From positions 1 to 64,000 of the forward strand of contig JBHLRZ010000008.1 in assembly GCA_048882045.1 (NCBI GenBank): a stretch of 64,000 nt of DNA, written 5' to 3'. Numbering within the stretch: the first letter of the stretch is position 1; every line of letters begins with the position of its first letter. Position numbers and translations under genes: made by a program. Positions 29,630 through 39,040 of this stretch are shown one piece after another. The notes below the pieces were generated by a model. That model was not told where the DNA came from. It searched no databases and saw nothing but the letters and a program-made list of their open reading frames with translations. The DNA comes from Candidatus Thorarchaeota archaeon. Its GTDB lineage: Archaea > Asgardarchaeota > Thorarchaeia > Thorarchaeales > Thorarchaeaceae.

Positions 29630-30199
29630 ATGGTGTGGGGGTTTGACCGGATGACGCCAACCGACAAGAAAATGAAGAAGAACGTCAGAGAGAAGTCTCG
29701 CTACCTCTTCAAACTGACAGTAGTCGGACCTGATGACTCTTTATTGGAAGATGTTCTTTCCACATTCGATCCTGTTGTAAAAGTCGATGGAATTCGGATT
29801 GTATCAGCAGAACATTCTACTGATTCCTCAGAAGTTCGCGCAGTCTTCATGTCCCCAAAACATGCTGCTCTTGACATCCTTCTGTCCCTTACCTTCAAAG
29901 GTGCCAGTGCTGTCATCATTGTCTTGAGGGAACCTGATCCGGAACTGGAAACAGTATACCGTAATGAGATCAGAGAGAATTTAGGAGCAAGGATTCCAAC
30001 AAGAGTTGTGACTATCGGTTCCACTCTTGATAAGTTCAAGCGAACTGAGATTCATCACACCTTTGACGAGTTGATCGAGGAGATTCTTGCTCGTCTAAAG
30101 AAAGAACAGAAAGCAAAGAAGGCCAAGGAGAAACAGAAGACCACCAAGACCAAAGCAAAAACTGAATCCAAGAAAAAGTCTACCAAGAAGAAAAAGTGA
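29630..30199 (+). CDS. Degenerate Rab/Ras-like small GTPase-fold protein with Lys-rich tail
   Basis: YLFKLTVVG, LTFKGASAVIIV and EIHHTFDELIEEIL match the Rab scaffold; P-loop GK[ST], DxxG and NKxD are absent. Confidence 0.55.
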   Translation: MVWGFDRMTPTDKKMKKNVREKSRYLFKLTVVGPDDSLLEDVLSTFDPVVKVDGIRIVSAEHSTDSSEVRAVFMSPKHAALDILLSLTFKGASAVIIVLREPDPELETVYRNEIRENLGARIPTRVVTIGSTLDKFKRTEIHHTFDELIEEILARLKKEQKAKKAKEKQKTTKTKAKTESKKKSTKKKK

Positions 30200-30245
30200 A
30201 ACGACGTAACACGAACCTTTTTTTCGATTCTCGATTCCCCAGACA

Positions 30246-31112
30246 TTGGTGTCAGTAGTGGAATCTGAGAAGAAACGCTCCGACGAGTACTGGATGGGTG
30301 TCAGAGATGCCCTTAGAATGGTTGATAGTTTCAATAAATGGGCGCAGAGAAACAAAGATCGAGCAAAGGACCTGGACGACTTCATTCATGATGGTCTTAT
30401 CGCAGCGGCCAAGCGATGCGAATCATGTCTGAAAGATGACCTAGGTCTCACATTCGTAGAAGGTGAAGATCATCCCCTCTCAGAATCGATTCCATCTGGT
30501 TATCAGGCGAAACCTCCAGAGGAAAAATCTGAAGATGTTGCTCTTCCACCTGCAGACGAGGCCATCACAATTGAATCAGTTAGTCGGTCAGATTCCGAGG
30601 AAATGGATGACATCATCCTTGAAGGACCGACTCGTGAGTTTTCTTCAGATTTTGAACTAGTGGAGCCTTTTCCTCTTGTAGTTGACTCATCTCCGCCAGA
30701 ACCAGAACTTGAAACAACAGATGCGGAAAAGCCATCCTTCACCTGGGCTGATTATGAGGAAGCGGTGACACCGTCGAAGAGCGATTCTGCTACTGAGGAA
30801 ATTGACGATGACGAACCACCTTTCGATATTGAACCAGAGGATGAAGAAGAAGAGTTAGAGGAGCTCCCGATTGAAGAACCTGTATCACTCGAACCTTCGA
30901 AGGTTCTTACACCGTCTGATGAACCAGCCATTCCTACTGCTGAGTATGAGAGTACCATCGGTGAAGGGCAAGCTCTACCTGAAGAAGAAGATGAAGAAAT
31001 AGACGCTCCTGAGCCAATAATTGAACCTCCTGCACCTCCTCCACCACCTGAGAGTGAAGAAGACGAGGATGAACGTCGTCGTCGCGCTAGGCGACTGTTC
31101 TTTGGGGACTAA
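30246..31112 (+). CDS. Acidic Pro-rich, largely disordered protein
   Basis: Folded-looking N-terminal 70 aa with CxxC; E/D/P-rich remainder ending PPAPPPPPESEEDEDERRRRARRLFFGD. Confidence 0.75.
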   Translation: MVSVVESEKKRSDEYWMGVRDALRMVDSFNKWAQRNKDRAKDLDDFIHDGLIAAAKRCESCLKDDLGLTFVEGEDHPLSESIPSGYQAKPPEEKSEDVALPPADEAITIESVSRSDSEEMDDIILEGPTREFSSDFELVEPFPLVVDSSPPEPELETTDAEKPSFTWADYEEAVTPSKSDSATEEIDDDEPPFDIEPEDEEEELEELPIEEPVSLEPSKVLTPSDEPAIPTAEYESTIGEGQALPEEEDEEIDAPEPIIEPPAPPPPPESEEDEDERRRRARRLFFGD

Positions 31113-32152
31113 GAACTCGGACCTATTATGTCATGAAAGATTTTGGTTGCTTCATCAGCAGTTGCAATCCCTTTTACCACAAGGTTGCCTGCTCGCATGA
31201 TGGTGATTCTTACATCATCAGAGGTCTCAACAACAAGAAAACGCTTCATTCTTTTCACAGAGTATTTTTTTTCTAGTTTGTTTGCCAGCTCTTCCAAATC
31301 AATGTTCATGAGCTTCTCTGGAGCGATATTATAGCTCTGTGAACACAGTTGTGTAACTCGAATCTCATTGCTACCACTTGGCTTGTAGATTTTCGGATCT
31401 GAACAGACCTCACAGTCGGTAGCTTTCCCAATGTCAAAGAAGTCAAAGCTCATTGAACTCGTGTCTATAGTCATCAACCGATTTGCGAGAGCTGGCTCTC
31501 TTCCTAGTGTCAATTGCAGGACTTCATTGACTTGTATCGAGGCAGCCAGTGAGAGTAATACAGGGGAAACTCCAACCATTGCGCATGTGTTCTCTGGATT
31601 GTCTTGAGCATCTCCCATAACACAATGTAGACATCCAGTTTTTCCTGGAATGAAAGTTGTCAGGTTTGAGTAATATTCAATAGCGCCTGCAAAAACATAG
31701 GGGATTCCCAATAAGATACTTGCTCGATTGACTGCTCTCCTCGCAAGAAACGAGTCAAGACCATCCACAATTACGTCTGCTCCCTTCAAGACGTCGACTG
31801 CATTCTCGTCTGAAACGGAAACACAGATGGGATCAAAGCTGACCTCGGGGTTCATTCGACTAAGATTTTCAGCAGCCACCTCTGCCTTCGGTAGTCCGAT
31901 ATCTTCTGTGTTGAAAATCGTCTGTCTCTGGATGTTGGACAATTCTACAATATCTCGGTCCACTATCCTAATCCTTCCGAATCCGATTGCAGTGAGAAGA
32001 CGAAGGGAAGGACTTCCAAGACCACCAGCTCCTACCTGAACTACTGTCGTGTTCATGATGGTTTCCATATCCTCCTCCGATAAATCACGGAGAGCCAGCA
32101 TTCTGGAATATCTTTCTCGCTGTTCGTCTGTAAGCTTCATCTCGTAATACAT
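31109..32152 (-). CDS. ThiF/MoeB/E1-like adenylyltransferase
   Basis: RYSR, VGAGGLG, DRDIVELSNIQRQ, CLHC, CAMVG, CEVC. Confidence 0.92.
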   Translation of the reverse strand: MYYEMKLTDEQRERYSRMLALRDLSEEDMETIMNTTVVQVGAGGLGSPSLRLLTAIGFGRIRIVDRDIVELSNIQRQTIFNTEDIGLPKAEVAAENLSRMNPEVSFDPICVSVSDENAVDVLKGADVIVDGLDSFLARRAVNRASILLGIPYVFAGAIEYYSNLTTFIPGKTGCLHCVMGDAQDNPENTCAMVGVSPVLLSLAASIQVNEVLQLTLGREPALANRLMTIDTSSMSFDFFDIGKATDCEVCSDPKIYKPSGSNEIRVTQLCSQSYNIAPEKLMNIDLEELANKLEKKYSVKRMKRFLVVETSDDVRITIMRAGNLVVKGIATADEATKIFHDIIGPSS

Positions 32153-32199
32153 GAACGCAGCGGCTCACTTAAAGCCTTGGACCAATATTTCGGACCATC

Positions 32200-33024
32200 A
32201 TGGAGTACGAATCTGAGGTTGCAGTTGCATTGAAACGGAGTCCATCAGAGGCTTTAACCACAGCACTCTCCAAGCTCACCATTCCTCTTGATCCTCCTAA
32301 GAAAATCAACCAAGTCATCATAAAACCATCAATCTATGACCCAGGTCTACCTGGGAACACGGATGTTCGAATGGTTGGTGCTATTGTTCGAATGTTCAAA
32401 TCGTTAGGAACAGTCAAGATAGTTGAGAGTGACAATCCTATTCGGACAACTGCTGATGCTTTCACTAAAAGTGGTTACAATTCTCTGGTCCAAGAAGGTG
32501 TAGAGCTATGCAATCTCACCGATGCTGATATGATCCCAGTCTCATTTCCCAACTATTTCTTCAAAAACCGTCGAATGCCAGAACTTCTCCATTCAGGAGG
32601 ATTTCTAATTAATGTTGCCACACTCAAAGCTGAACCTGAGATTTGCACAGTTGGGGCAGGGATTAAGAACCTCTTTGGGCTTATACCTGAAACTGACAAG
32701 AGCATTTATCATTCATCGATAGACGATGTCCTGATGGACCTTCTTTCAATCTATACTCCACATCTTACAATCATAGACCTCACTCAGGTTGTTATCGGTG
32801 AGAGAGTCAATAGACAGGTCAAGATTGTTGGAGGCGTTGCTGTGAGCACTGACCCTGTCGCTGTAGATTCTTATTGTGCAAGTCTACTTGGATACAACCC
32901 ATTGAAGATCGAACATCTTTTGAAGGCTCACAAGATTGGCTTTGGCGAGATACTTTCGGACCTAATCAGGGTCAGAGGAACAGAGCATCAGATTCATGAG
33001 CTTGAACGTATATTGAGAGAATAA
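32200..33024 (+). CDS. DUF362 domain protein
   Basis: VIIKP, INVATLK, IKNLFG, STDPVAVD..LLG. Confidence 0.8.
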   Translation: MEYESEVAVALKRSPSEALTTALSKLTIPLDPPKKINQVIIKPSIYDPGLPGNTDVRMVGAIVRMFKSLGTVKIVESDNPIRTTADAFTKSGYNSLVQEGVELCNLTDADMIPVSFPNYFFKNRRMPELLHSGGFLINVATLKAEPEICTVGAGIKNLFGLIPETDKSIYHSSIDDVLMDLLSIYTPHLTIIDLTQVVIGERVNRQVKIVGGVAVSTDPVAVDSYCASLLGYNPLKIEHLLKAHKIGFGEILSDLIRVRGTEHQIHELERILRE

Positions 33025-33118
33025 TTCTGCGTCAGGAAAGACTTTATCATGCCATTAATTTAGCCTGAAAACCTATTGCAGTCTCTGATTGTAATGATTG
33101 GACCTTAAGGTGGTTCAT

Positions 33119-34285
33119 ATGGACTGGACTTCACATACCATGGAAAGAATCCCTGCTTCTGGAACACTCAAGATGTTTGACCTTGCGAGGAAACTCGAAG
33201 CAGAAGGGAGACGTGTTTTTCACTTTGAGGTCGGTCAACCAGATTTCCCAACACCCGATAACATAATCGACGCTGGTATTCAGGCTCTTAAAGATGGACA
33301 CACTAGATATACCTCTTCACGTGGTATTCCCTCTCTTTTACAAGCGATTGAATCCTCCTATGGTCGTCGAGGAATGGAGATAGATGGTGGAAAAAATGTC
33401 ATTGTTACTCCAGGTGCAAAGATGGCCCTGTTTCAAGGATTCTTAAGTGTTCTAGATACTGGGGATGATGTTCTACTTCTTGCTCCAGCATGGCCAACAT
33501 ATCGTGTGATGATAAGAACAGCTATTGCAAAACCAATAGATGTCAGTACTAAGTCTGGCTATGAACTTGATAGGGAAGCTCTCAAGAACGCGGCATCTAA
33601 ATCGGTCACAGCCATCATCATTAATTCTCCGAACAACCCATCTGGTGGCGTTCTATCCAAAGACGATTTGAAGTTCATATTTGACCTAGCAGAGGATCGT
33701 GATTTTGTAGTCTTTTCAGACGAAATCTATGAAGCACTAATCTATGGCGACACTAAAAGAGCATCAATGCTCGAAGTGGATCCTACTCTCGAACGGACTT
33801 TGATCATCAATGGATTTTCCAAAACGTATGCAATGACTGGTTGGCGTCTAGGATATGCAATCGGAAATGAAGAAGTAATTGAAAATATGGTCCGCATCCA
33901 GCAAAATACTACTTCATGCGCAGCCTCATTCGTACAATATGCTGGAGTCGAGGCATTGGAAGGTGACCAGAGTTCAGTACTCAAGATGATTAGTGCATAT
34001 GAAGAACGTCGAGATCTTCTCAGTAAGTTGCTAAACAGGATTCCTGGTGTGAACTGTATTAATCCGAAAGGTGCATTTTATGCATTTCCAGACTTTTCTG
34101 CAGTCGGACTTAGCAGTCAGACACTCGCTGAGTTGATCCTTAGAAAGACTGGTCTTTGTACCACACCTGGCATTGTATTTGGCAAGAAATATGACAATAA
34201 TCTGAGGTTTTCCTACGCAGCAAGCATGGACGACATAAAGGAAGGTCTCGAGCTACTGACTGAATTCATCCCTACACTATACTAG
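33119..34285 (+). CDS. Class I PLP aminotransferase (aspartate aminotransferase-like)
   Basis: GQPDF, NSPNNPSG, SDEIY, NGFSKTYAMTGWRLG. Confidence 0.93.
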   Translation: MDWTSHTMERIPASGTLKMFDLARKLEAEGRRVFHFEVGQPDFPTPDNIIDAGIQALKDGHTRYTSSRGIPSLLQAIESSYGRRGMEIDGGKNVIVTPGAKMALFQGFLSVLDTGDDVLLLAPAWPTYRVMIRTAIAKPIDVSTKSGYELDREALKNAASKSVTAIIINSPNNPSGGVLSKDDLKFIFDLAEDRDFVVFSDEIYEALIYGDTKRASMLEVDPTLERTLIINGFSKTYAMTGWRLGYAIGNEEVIENMVRIQQNTTSCAASFVQYAGVEALEGDQSSVLKMISAYEERRDLLSKLLNRIPGVNCINPKGAFYAFPDFSAVGLSSQTLAELILRKTGLCTTPGIVFGKKYDNNLRFSYAASMDDIKEGLELLTEFIPTLY

Positions 34286-34295
34286 GGTGAAATGA

Positions 34296-34871
34296 TTGAG
34301 CTCCGATGAGAAACAAATACATTTTGAATGCACCAAATGCGGTGCATGCTGCCGAGAGGATAAACTCCTTGTAACTGTGACAGGTAATGACTTGGCTCGT
34401 ATCTCTAGGATTCTTGGATTGGCCGCTGGGGAACTGATCAGAGCAGTAGACTTCTACCTTGTTTCTGGAATGACTTCTCATGAAGGATTACGCGATTTTC
34501 CTCCCCTCCAGACAGAGAAGGGGCCAGCTTACATTGCACTCAAGAAGATGGAAAATGGCGACTGTGTCTTTCTCAAGGACAACCTCTGCATGATTCACAC
34601 AATACGACCAGTAGTTTGCATGTCCTTCCCATTTGTGTTCGAAGATGCAGGAGATCATCGAAGATGGGGTTTAAGTGCAATGAAGGACATCTGTCCCGGT
34701 CTTGGTACAGGACCCCGGGTCATAGGTTCAGATTTACTCGACCTTGCTGATACTATTTTGGAGGATCTTATCATCTTCAGACGATTCGCTGAGGAATGGA
34801 ATACTATTGAAGAACCTACTGCTCATAAGCTGATAGAAACAATACTCTCTGATCCAAGATTCTCTGTCTAG
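34296..34871 (+). CDS. YkgJ-family Cys-cluster (Zn/Fe-chelating) protein
   Basis: FECTKCGACC, CVFL...CMIH..RPVVCMSFPF, CPG. Confidence 0.88.
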   Translation: MSSDEKQIHFECTKCGACCREDKLLVTVTGNDLARISRILGLAAGELIRAVDFYLVSGMTSHEGLRDFPPLQTEKGPAYIALKKMENGDCVFLKDNLCMIHTIRPVVCMSFPFVFEDAGDHRRWGLSAMKDICPGLGTGPRVIGSDLLDLADTILEDLIIFRRFAEEWNTIEEPTAHKLIETILSDPRFSV

Positions 34872-35848
34872 AGTTTGGTGAGTATCTGGAGAATATTGCC
34901 AAAATTATGCTCGACAGTCCTGCTTTTTTCTGCATACTCTCCAAGGATTAGGAAACGTTCGTCTGTTCCAGCCAATTCACGGTATTTGTCTGACCTTATC
35001 TTCGAGTGAATCTCATTGTTCAGTATCAAGATGTCGTCTGATGATCTCAGGATGTATTGGAGCATCTTGATCAACATGTCAAACTGTTGAATATCCCTGA
35101 GTTGAAGTGTTTGACTATAGAACTGGAATTCGAGCCTATCGAGTCGTTCCCGCATTCGAACGAGTTCTAGCATCCAGGGATCTACCTCTTCCCTTTCCAG
35201 TTCATCCCCGAACCTAGCCCAATAGTTCTGCTGCTCAAGGAGCTGCACCAAGTAGTTGCGTAGGAATTGAAAATGATCTATGCCTTCCTCAATATCATCC
35301 TCAGTACCAATGGGCTCCATCATCTGATCAGTCTGACTGTGTTTCACTGCAATCATGAGGGAGAATTTATCGACATATTTCTTCACTTCGTCAGTCTTTT
35401 CCTTCTCTGTCATGAGGTCAGTGAATGTGTCTCCCAGTGTGAGTATGAACTTATACAAGCACTCTGAACAGATTTCTGCACTACTTGTAATCTCCTTTGT
35501 AGAAAGGAATTGCATTGCATCCTCGAGGTCATTTCCCGGGACATCCTTTCCATGTATTCTTAGTACCCATCCTTGTGAGATACAGTAGACTTTGTTATTT
35601 GGATAGTTGATAAATATCGAAGCATAGCAGACATTTCCATCAGTAGCTCTTTCTTCTTGCATACTCTCCTTGTCAAAATGGAAAGAAAAGATAGAGGGGT
35701 CGATTTCTATCGCGTCAATCTCTAGCACACTGTCGTTATTGACACACAGTTTTTCATCACCGAAGACCTTGTAGCAGGGACAACCTCGTATCAACTTGAT
35801 TGATCCTTGTTGCTCCTCCTGGTTCTGAGCGCCGTACACGGTCTTCAT
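34868..35848 (-). CDS. Hypothetical Cys-motif protein, paralog B
   Basis: IRGCPCY, CVNND, CYASI, YCISQ, CSECLY; paralogous to 35908..36879. Confidence 0.8.
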   Translation of the reverse strand: MKTVYGAQNQEEQQGSIKLIRGCPCYKVFGDEKLCVNNDSVLEIDAIEIDPSIFSFHFDKESMQEERATDGNVCYASIFINYPNNKVYCISQGWVLRIHGKDVPGNDLEDAMQFLSTKEITSSAEICSECLYKFILTLGDTFTDLMTEKEKTDEVKKYVDKFSLMIAVKHSQTDQMMEPIGTEDDIEEGIDHFQFLRNYLVQLLEQQNYWARFGDELEREEVDPWMLELVRMRERLDRLEFQFYSQTLQLRDIQQFDMLIKMLQYILRSSDDILILNNEIHSKIRSDKYRELAGTDERFLILGEYAEKSRTVEHNFGNILQILTKL

Positions 35849-35907
35849 CTCATCTCAAGCCTACTTTCAGGACATTCCTGACTACTCAAGTACCCATTTA
35901 GCAGTTA

Positions 35908-36879
35908 TTATGAAGTATTTGAATCGATTTCGTGTAATACTGATACCAAGTTACTGAATCGATACTCAGTTTCCTTCCTTTTCTGAGTGTGTTGAGAAAG
36001 CATTTCCTGAATGTTTGCTGGAATTGCATCTCGATTCATCAGGTCATTTGTCCTTTCACGAATTTCATCGTTTGTCCTCATGACTCGCTCTGATACATTT
36101 ACCATAAAATGAAGGGCATCAAGCGGGTGAGTTTCTTCTCTTTCATCCTCCAATGCTTGTACTTGAAAAAGGAAGACAGATTCAAGCCTTGAAAGAGTAC
36201 TGTAAGACTCTATCAGGGCAATGAGGTCAGATTCAGCCTGAGACTTCTTCAGATTGCGAATCATCGAAATCCAATGTGACCGAGTTCTATTAAGATCATT
36301 CATGTAACTTGGCAAGTGTTTCTTGAAATCCTCAATCCCGTTAGTATCATCGTAACCACTGAGTTGCATAGCTATCGTGTTTGCAAGATTCCTCACGTAT
36401 GAATCGATGATTTCTCTCCTCTCATCATCTGTCAGAAGGCTTTCCGAGCTCTCGCCCATTGTTCTCAGGTATCTGTATAGACAGTCTGAGCACAATACTC
36501 CGTCTCTGTGTTTTTCTGAGGAGGTTACGAACTGAAGTGCACTATCAATCTCTGAGGCTTTGACATCATGGTTGTTGATACGAATCCTCTGACTTTGACT
36601 TACGCAATAACAGTATCCCTCTTCTCTGTCTAGGAATGTTATGAGGTAACACAGATTTTCATTTGAACTTCCAAACTCCTCTAGGTTGTCTTTTGATGTA
36701 AGGGAATCGAAGAAGCTTGGATCAACAGAGATAGCTCTAATCGGATTCACTGTGTCATTATTCAGACATACCTTCTCCAGGTTTGAAGAGTTTCCAAATT
36801 CCCGATAACAGGGACAGCCTCTTACAATTAGGGTCATACCATCAGTGTGGTCGATGAGATTGGCTGGGTTAATGTTCAC
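35908..36879 (-). CDS. Hypothetical Cys-motif protein, paralog A
   Basis: VRGCPCY, CLNND, CYLIT, YCVSQ, CSDCLY. Confidence 0.8.
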   Translation of the reverse strand: MNINPANLIDHTDGMTLIVRGCPCYREFGNSSNLEKVCLNNDTVNPIRAISVDPSFFDSLTSKDNLEEFGSSNENLCYLITFLDREEGYCYCVSQSQRIRINNHDVKASEIDSALQFVTSSEKHRDGVLCSDCLYRYLRTMGESSESLLTDDERREIIDSYVRNLANTIAMQLSGYDDTNGIEDFKKHLPSYMNDLNRTRSHWISMIRNLKKSQAESDLIALIESYSTLSRLESVFLFQVQALEDEREETHPLDALHFMVNVSERVMRTNDEIRERTNDLMNRDAIPANIQEMLSQHTQKRKETEYRFSNLVSVLHEIDSNTS

Positions 36880-37020
36880 TCGAGAGGCCTCTGAAGTATC
36901 GACTTCTTATCACATATTAATGAATAAGAGCAGATAGCAGTTTTCTTTGCAGCCAACTTCTACAGGTGGCAACGTTCTCAGAAATAGTTCACATTTGAAT
37001 GAATCTCGCATGTGAGGATG

Positions 37021-37043
37021 AAACGAGCCTGTGGGACTCGCTT
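37021..37043 (-). terminator. Hairpin downstream of the cdrS-like gene
   Basis: AAGCGAGTC-CCACA-GGCTCGTTT on the minus strand just after the stop. Confidence 0.4.
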
Positions 37044-37050
37044 ATACAGA

Positions 37051-37191
37051 TCAGCCCCACAGTTCTCTCTTCAAAAGATCCCTAATTGCGATGCGAATGG
37101 CTTCTGATCGGTTTGGATAGAGGTTGCTCTCAACCAATTTCTCCAGACCATCCACATAGGTTTCGGGAATGTGCAGCGTTACAAGTTTCAT
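37051..37191 (-). CDS. cdrS: CdrS-like ribbon-helix-helix protein, 46 aa (absent from the ORF track)
   Basis: MKLVTLHIPETYVDGLEKLVESNLYPNRSEAIRIAIRDLLKRELWG*; YPNRSEAIR.AIRDLL is the CdrS/CopG RHH signature; GGGTGA SD upstream. Confidence 0.85.
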   Translation of the reverse strand: MKLVTLHIPETYVDGLEKLVESNLYPNRSEAIRIAIRDLLKRELWG

Positions 37192-37746
37192 AGTGGTATT
37201 CACCCAAGTATGCTTGGTGTCATACGTCAATATGATTGTAAGTAATACTCGGTCGATATTCGAATCTTTAACGAAGACATCAGCTAAACTATGGCATATA
37301 TCAGACGACGGAATTGCACCAATCCTGGGTCGTGCTGATTGTGGACAGATAGAGAGGCATTGACAATCTATTCAAAAAAAAAATCTTCATTGTTGAGAAA
37401 TAGTGGGTGAATCTCTGGACCTATCAAACCTTGGTCTATAGAAATGGGGAGCATGATAGCTCCCTTTTCATAAAAGAGAAAGACGTACAAACACCGGGAG
37501 GAAGATTGTACGCCACGACATAAGCATTGATGCTTCTCATAAGTCATCTTGTATATTGTAGCCAATACTGGGTCAGTACTCTGTGTATTATTGAGGACTT
37601 TTTGGCGTATCGTGAGGGTCAATACTGAGTATAGTTTCAAATTCAAACATTGATGAATCCTTCTTCGGCTACTGCCGACCTCTCGGAATACATTTATGCT
37701 AGCTGAATGTTACCGTGGCCGTTCAACATAATGTTGAGGTGTACAA

Positions 37747-38508
37747 ATGGCTTCAGATGCAGAGAGTAAAGCAGCTGGTAAAGCCGAGGATGAAGTGAAG
37801 GTTACCAAAGAGCTCGAATCCCTTAAATGGATTCGAGAGAGGCGCTCTATCCGAGAGTTTACTGGCGAGAAAATCCCCGATGAAGACATCGAGTTAATAT
37901 TAGAAGCGGCGCGACATGCCCCAAGTCCAGAGAACATGTTGATGATGCGTTTCATTGTCATACGTGATGACCAAGAAACAAAGGTATTTCTTGCTGATAT
38001 CGCGCAAGAAATGGCTCAGACAGCTTTTGGTGGAGCTCCTTTTGAACTTACAAGTGGTAGAAACTGGTTCATTAGTGACCCTTACAGAGCAGCTGTCTAT
38101 GCCCGACTCAGGGATGGCGAATTATTCAGATACCCCGAGAAAAGTGACACAGTCATCATTGTCTGCGCTAGTGACTCATGGCATGATGCAGGATATCTCT
38201 ATCCCAACTCACTATTCGGATCCGTTGTCTGTGGTATGGCTGTCCAAAATATGTGGCTAACTGCTACAGAACTCGGATATGGATGTGGATACGAGGCTCT
38301 TGTTGCTTCCGATCCACGCCATGCAGAACTGATTCGTGATAGACTTGGAATCCCGCCAATCTGGGAACCTCTAACAGCGTTCTGTATTGGACAGCGAGTG
38401 TCACCAAGAGCACTAGGTCCTAGCAGAGCTCCTCTAGAAGGGCTAATGTATGACGAACGATGGGGCAATCCATACAAAAGAATAGCATTCAGGAAGGAGG
38501 ACAAGTAA
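37747..38508 (+). CDS. Nitroreductase-family flavoprotein (copy 1)
   Basis: IRERRSIREF, ILEAARHAPSPEN, MAVQNMWLTATELGYG. Confidence 0.9.
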   Translation: MASDAESKAAGKAEDEVKVTKELESLKWIRERRSIREFTGEKIPDEDIELILEAARHAPSPENMLMMRFIVIRDDQETKVFLADIAQEMAQTAFGGAPFELTSGRNWFISDPYRAAVYARLRDGELFRYPEKSDTVIIVCASDSWHDAGYLYPNSLFGSVVCGMAVQNMWLTATELGYGCGYEALVASDPRHAELIRDRLGIPPIWEPLTAFCIGQRVSPRALGPSRAPLEGLMYDERWGNPYKRIAFRKEDK

Positions 38509-38509
38509 G

Positions 38510-39037
38510 ATGGACGTTAATTTCGAAGGCGAAACTTTCGAGAACATGAAGAAGTTGGCTGAGGAGGCTGGTCTTACTCCTGAAGGGCTCATTGAAGTGG
38601 TCATGGAACAATTCTGTGACAACAAGGGTGCAAGAGTCTATACAGGCAGATGGACTGGTGGAGAAGTAGACGGTGAGAAAGGATTCCGTTATGTGCCTCA
38701 ATGGCCTTTCCGACCAGGATTCAAGGAGGCCACTGGCGACAAGGTGAAGAAATGGAAGTCTGGAGGAAAATCCTATAGGCCTCATCCAACAGGCGCATGG
38801 CCATTCTATCCACGGCTTAAGGAAGGCGATATTCAGCACGAATATTGGAACACCAAAAAGATGATTCACCAAGCTTTCATCAATGATAGAAAAGGCCGAG
38901 TTGTTGTCTTGATGGAAGGCGACAAGTATGACGCCTTCTTGGACAAAGTGAAACAGAGAAAGGGCAACTTCTGGGCAACCTCTGTGGATGCTGCAATGCA
39001 TGAAGCTGTGGATGAATGGATGGCAAAGGAGGAATAA
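38510..39037 (+). CDS. Hypothetical protein with RHH-like termini and a repeated WPFxP motif
   Basis: Tightly coupled to the nitroreductase (AGGAGG SD, 1-nt gap); WPFRP and WPFYP. Confidence 0.75.
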   Translation: MDVNFEGETFENMKKLAEEAGLTPEGLIEVVMEQFCDNKGARVYTGRWTGGEVDGEKGFRYVPQWPFRPGFKEATGDKVKKWKSGGKSYRPHPTGAWPFYPRLKEGDIQHEYWNTKKMIHQAFINDRKGRVVVLMEGDKYDAFLDKVKQRKGNFWATSVDAAMHEAVDEWMAKEE

Positions 39038-39040
39038 AAG

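Noticed and set aside
31109-32152. Eukaryote-like ubiquitin E1 system
   Set aside because: Ordinary MoeB/ThiF architecture; no ubiquitin, E2, RING or JAB gene nearby
37368-37646. 92-aa minus-strand ORF
   Set aside because: No SD or motif, atypical composition, and it ends in a homopolymer run; likely spurious
37650-37706. TGATGA...CTGA spaced ~56 nt, like a C/D box sRNA
   Set aside because: No convincing internal D'/C' boxes, and the segment overlaps the likely nitroreductase promoter
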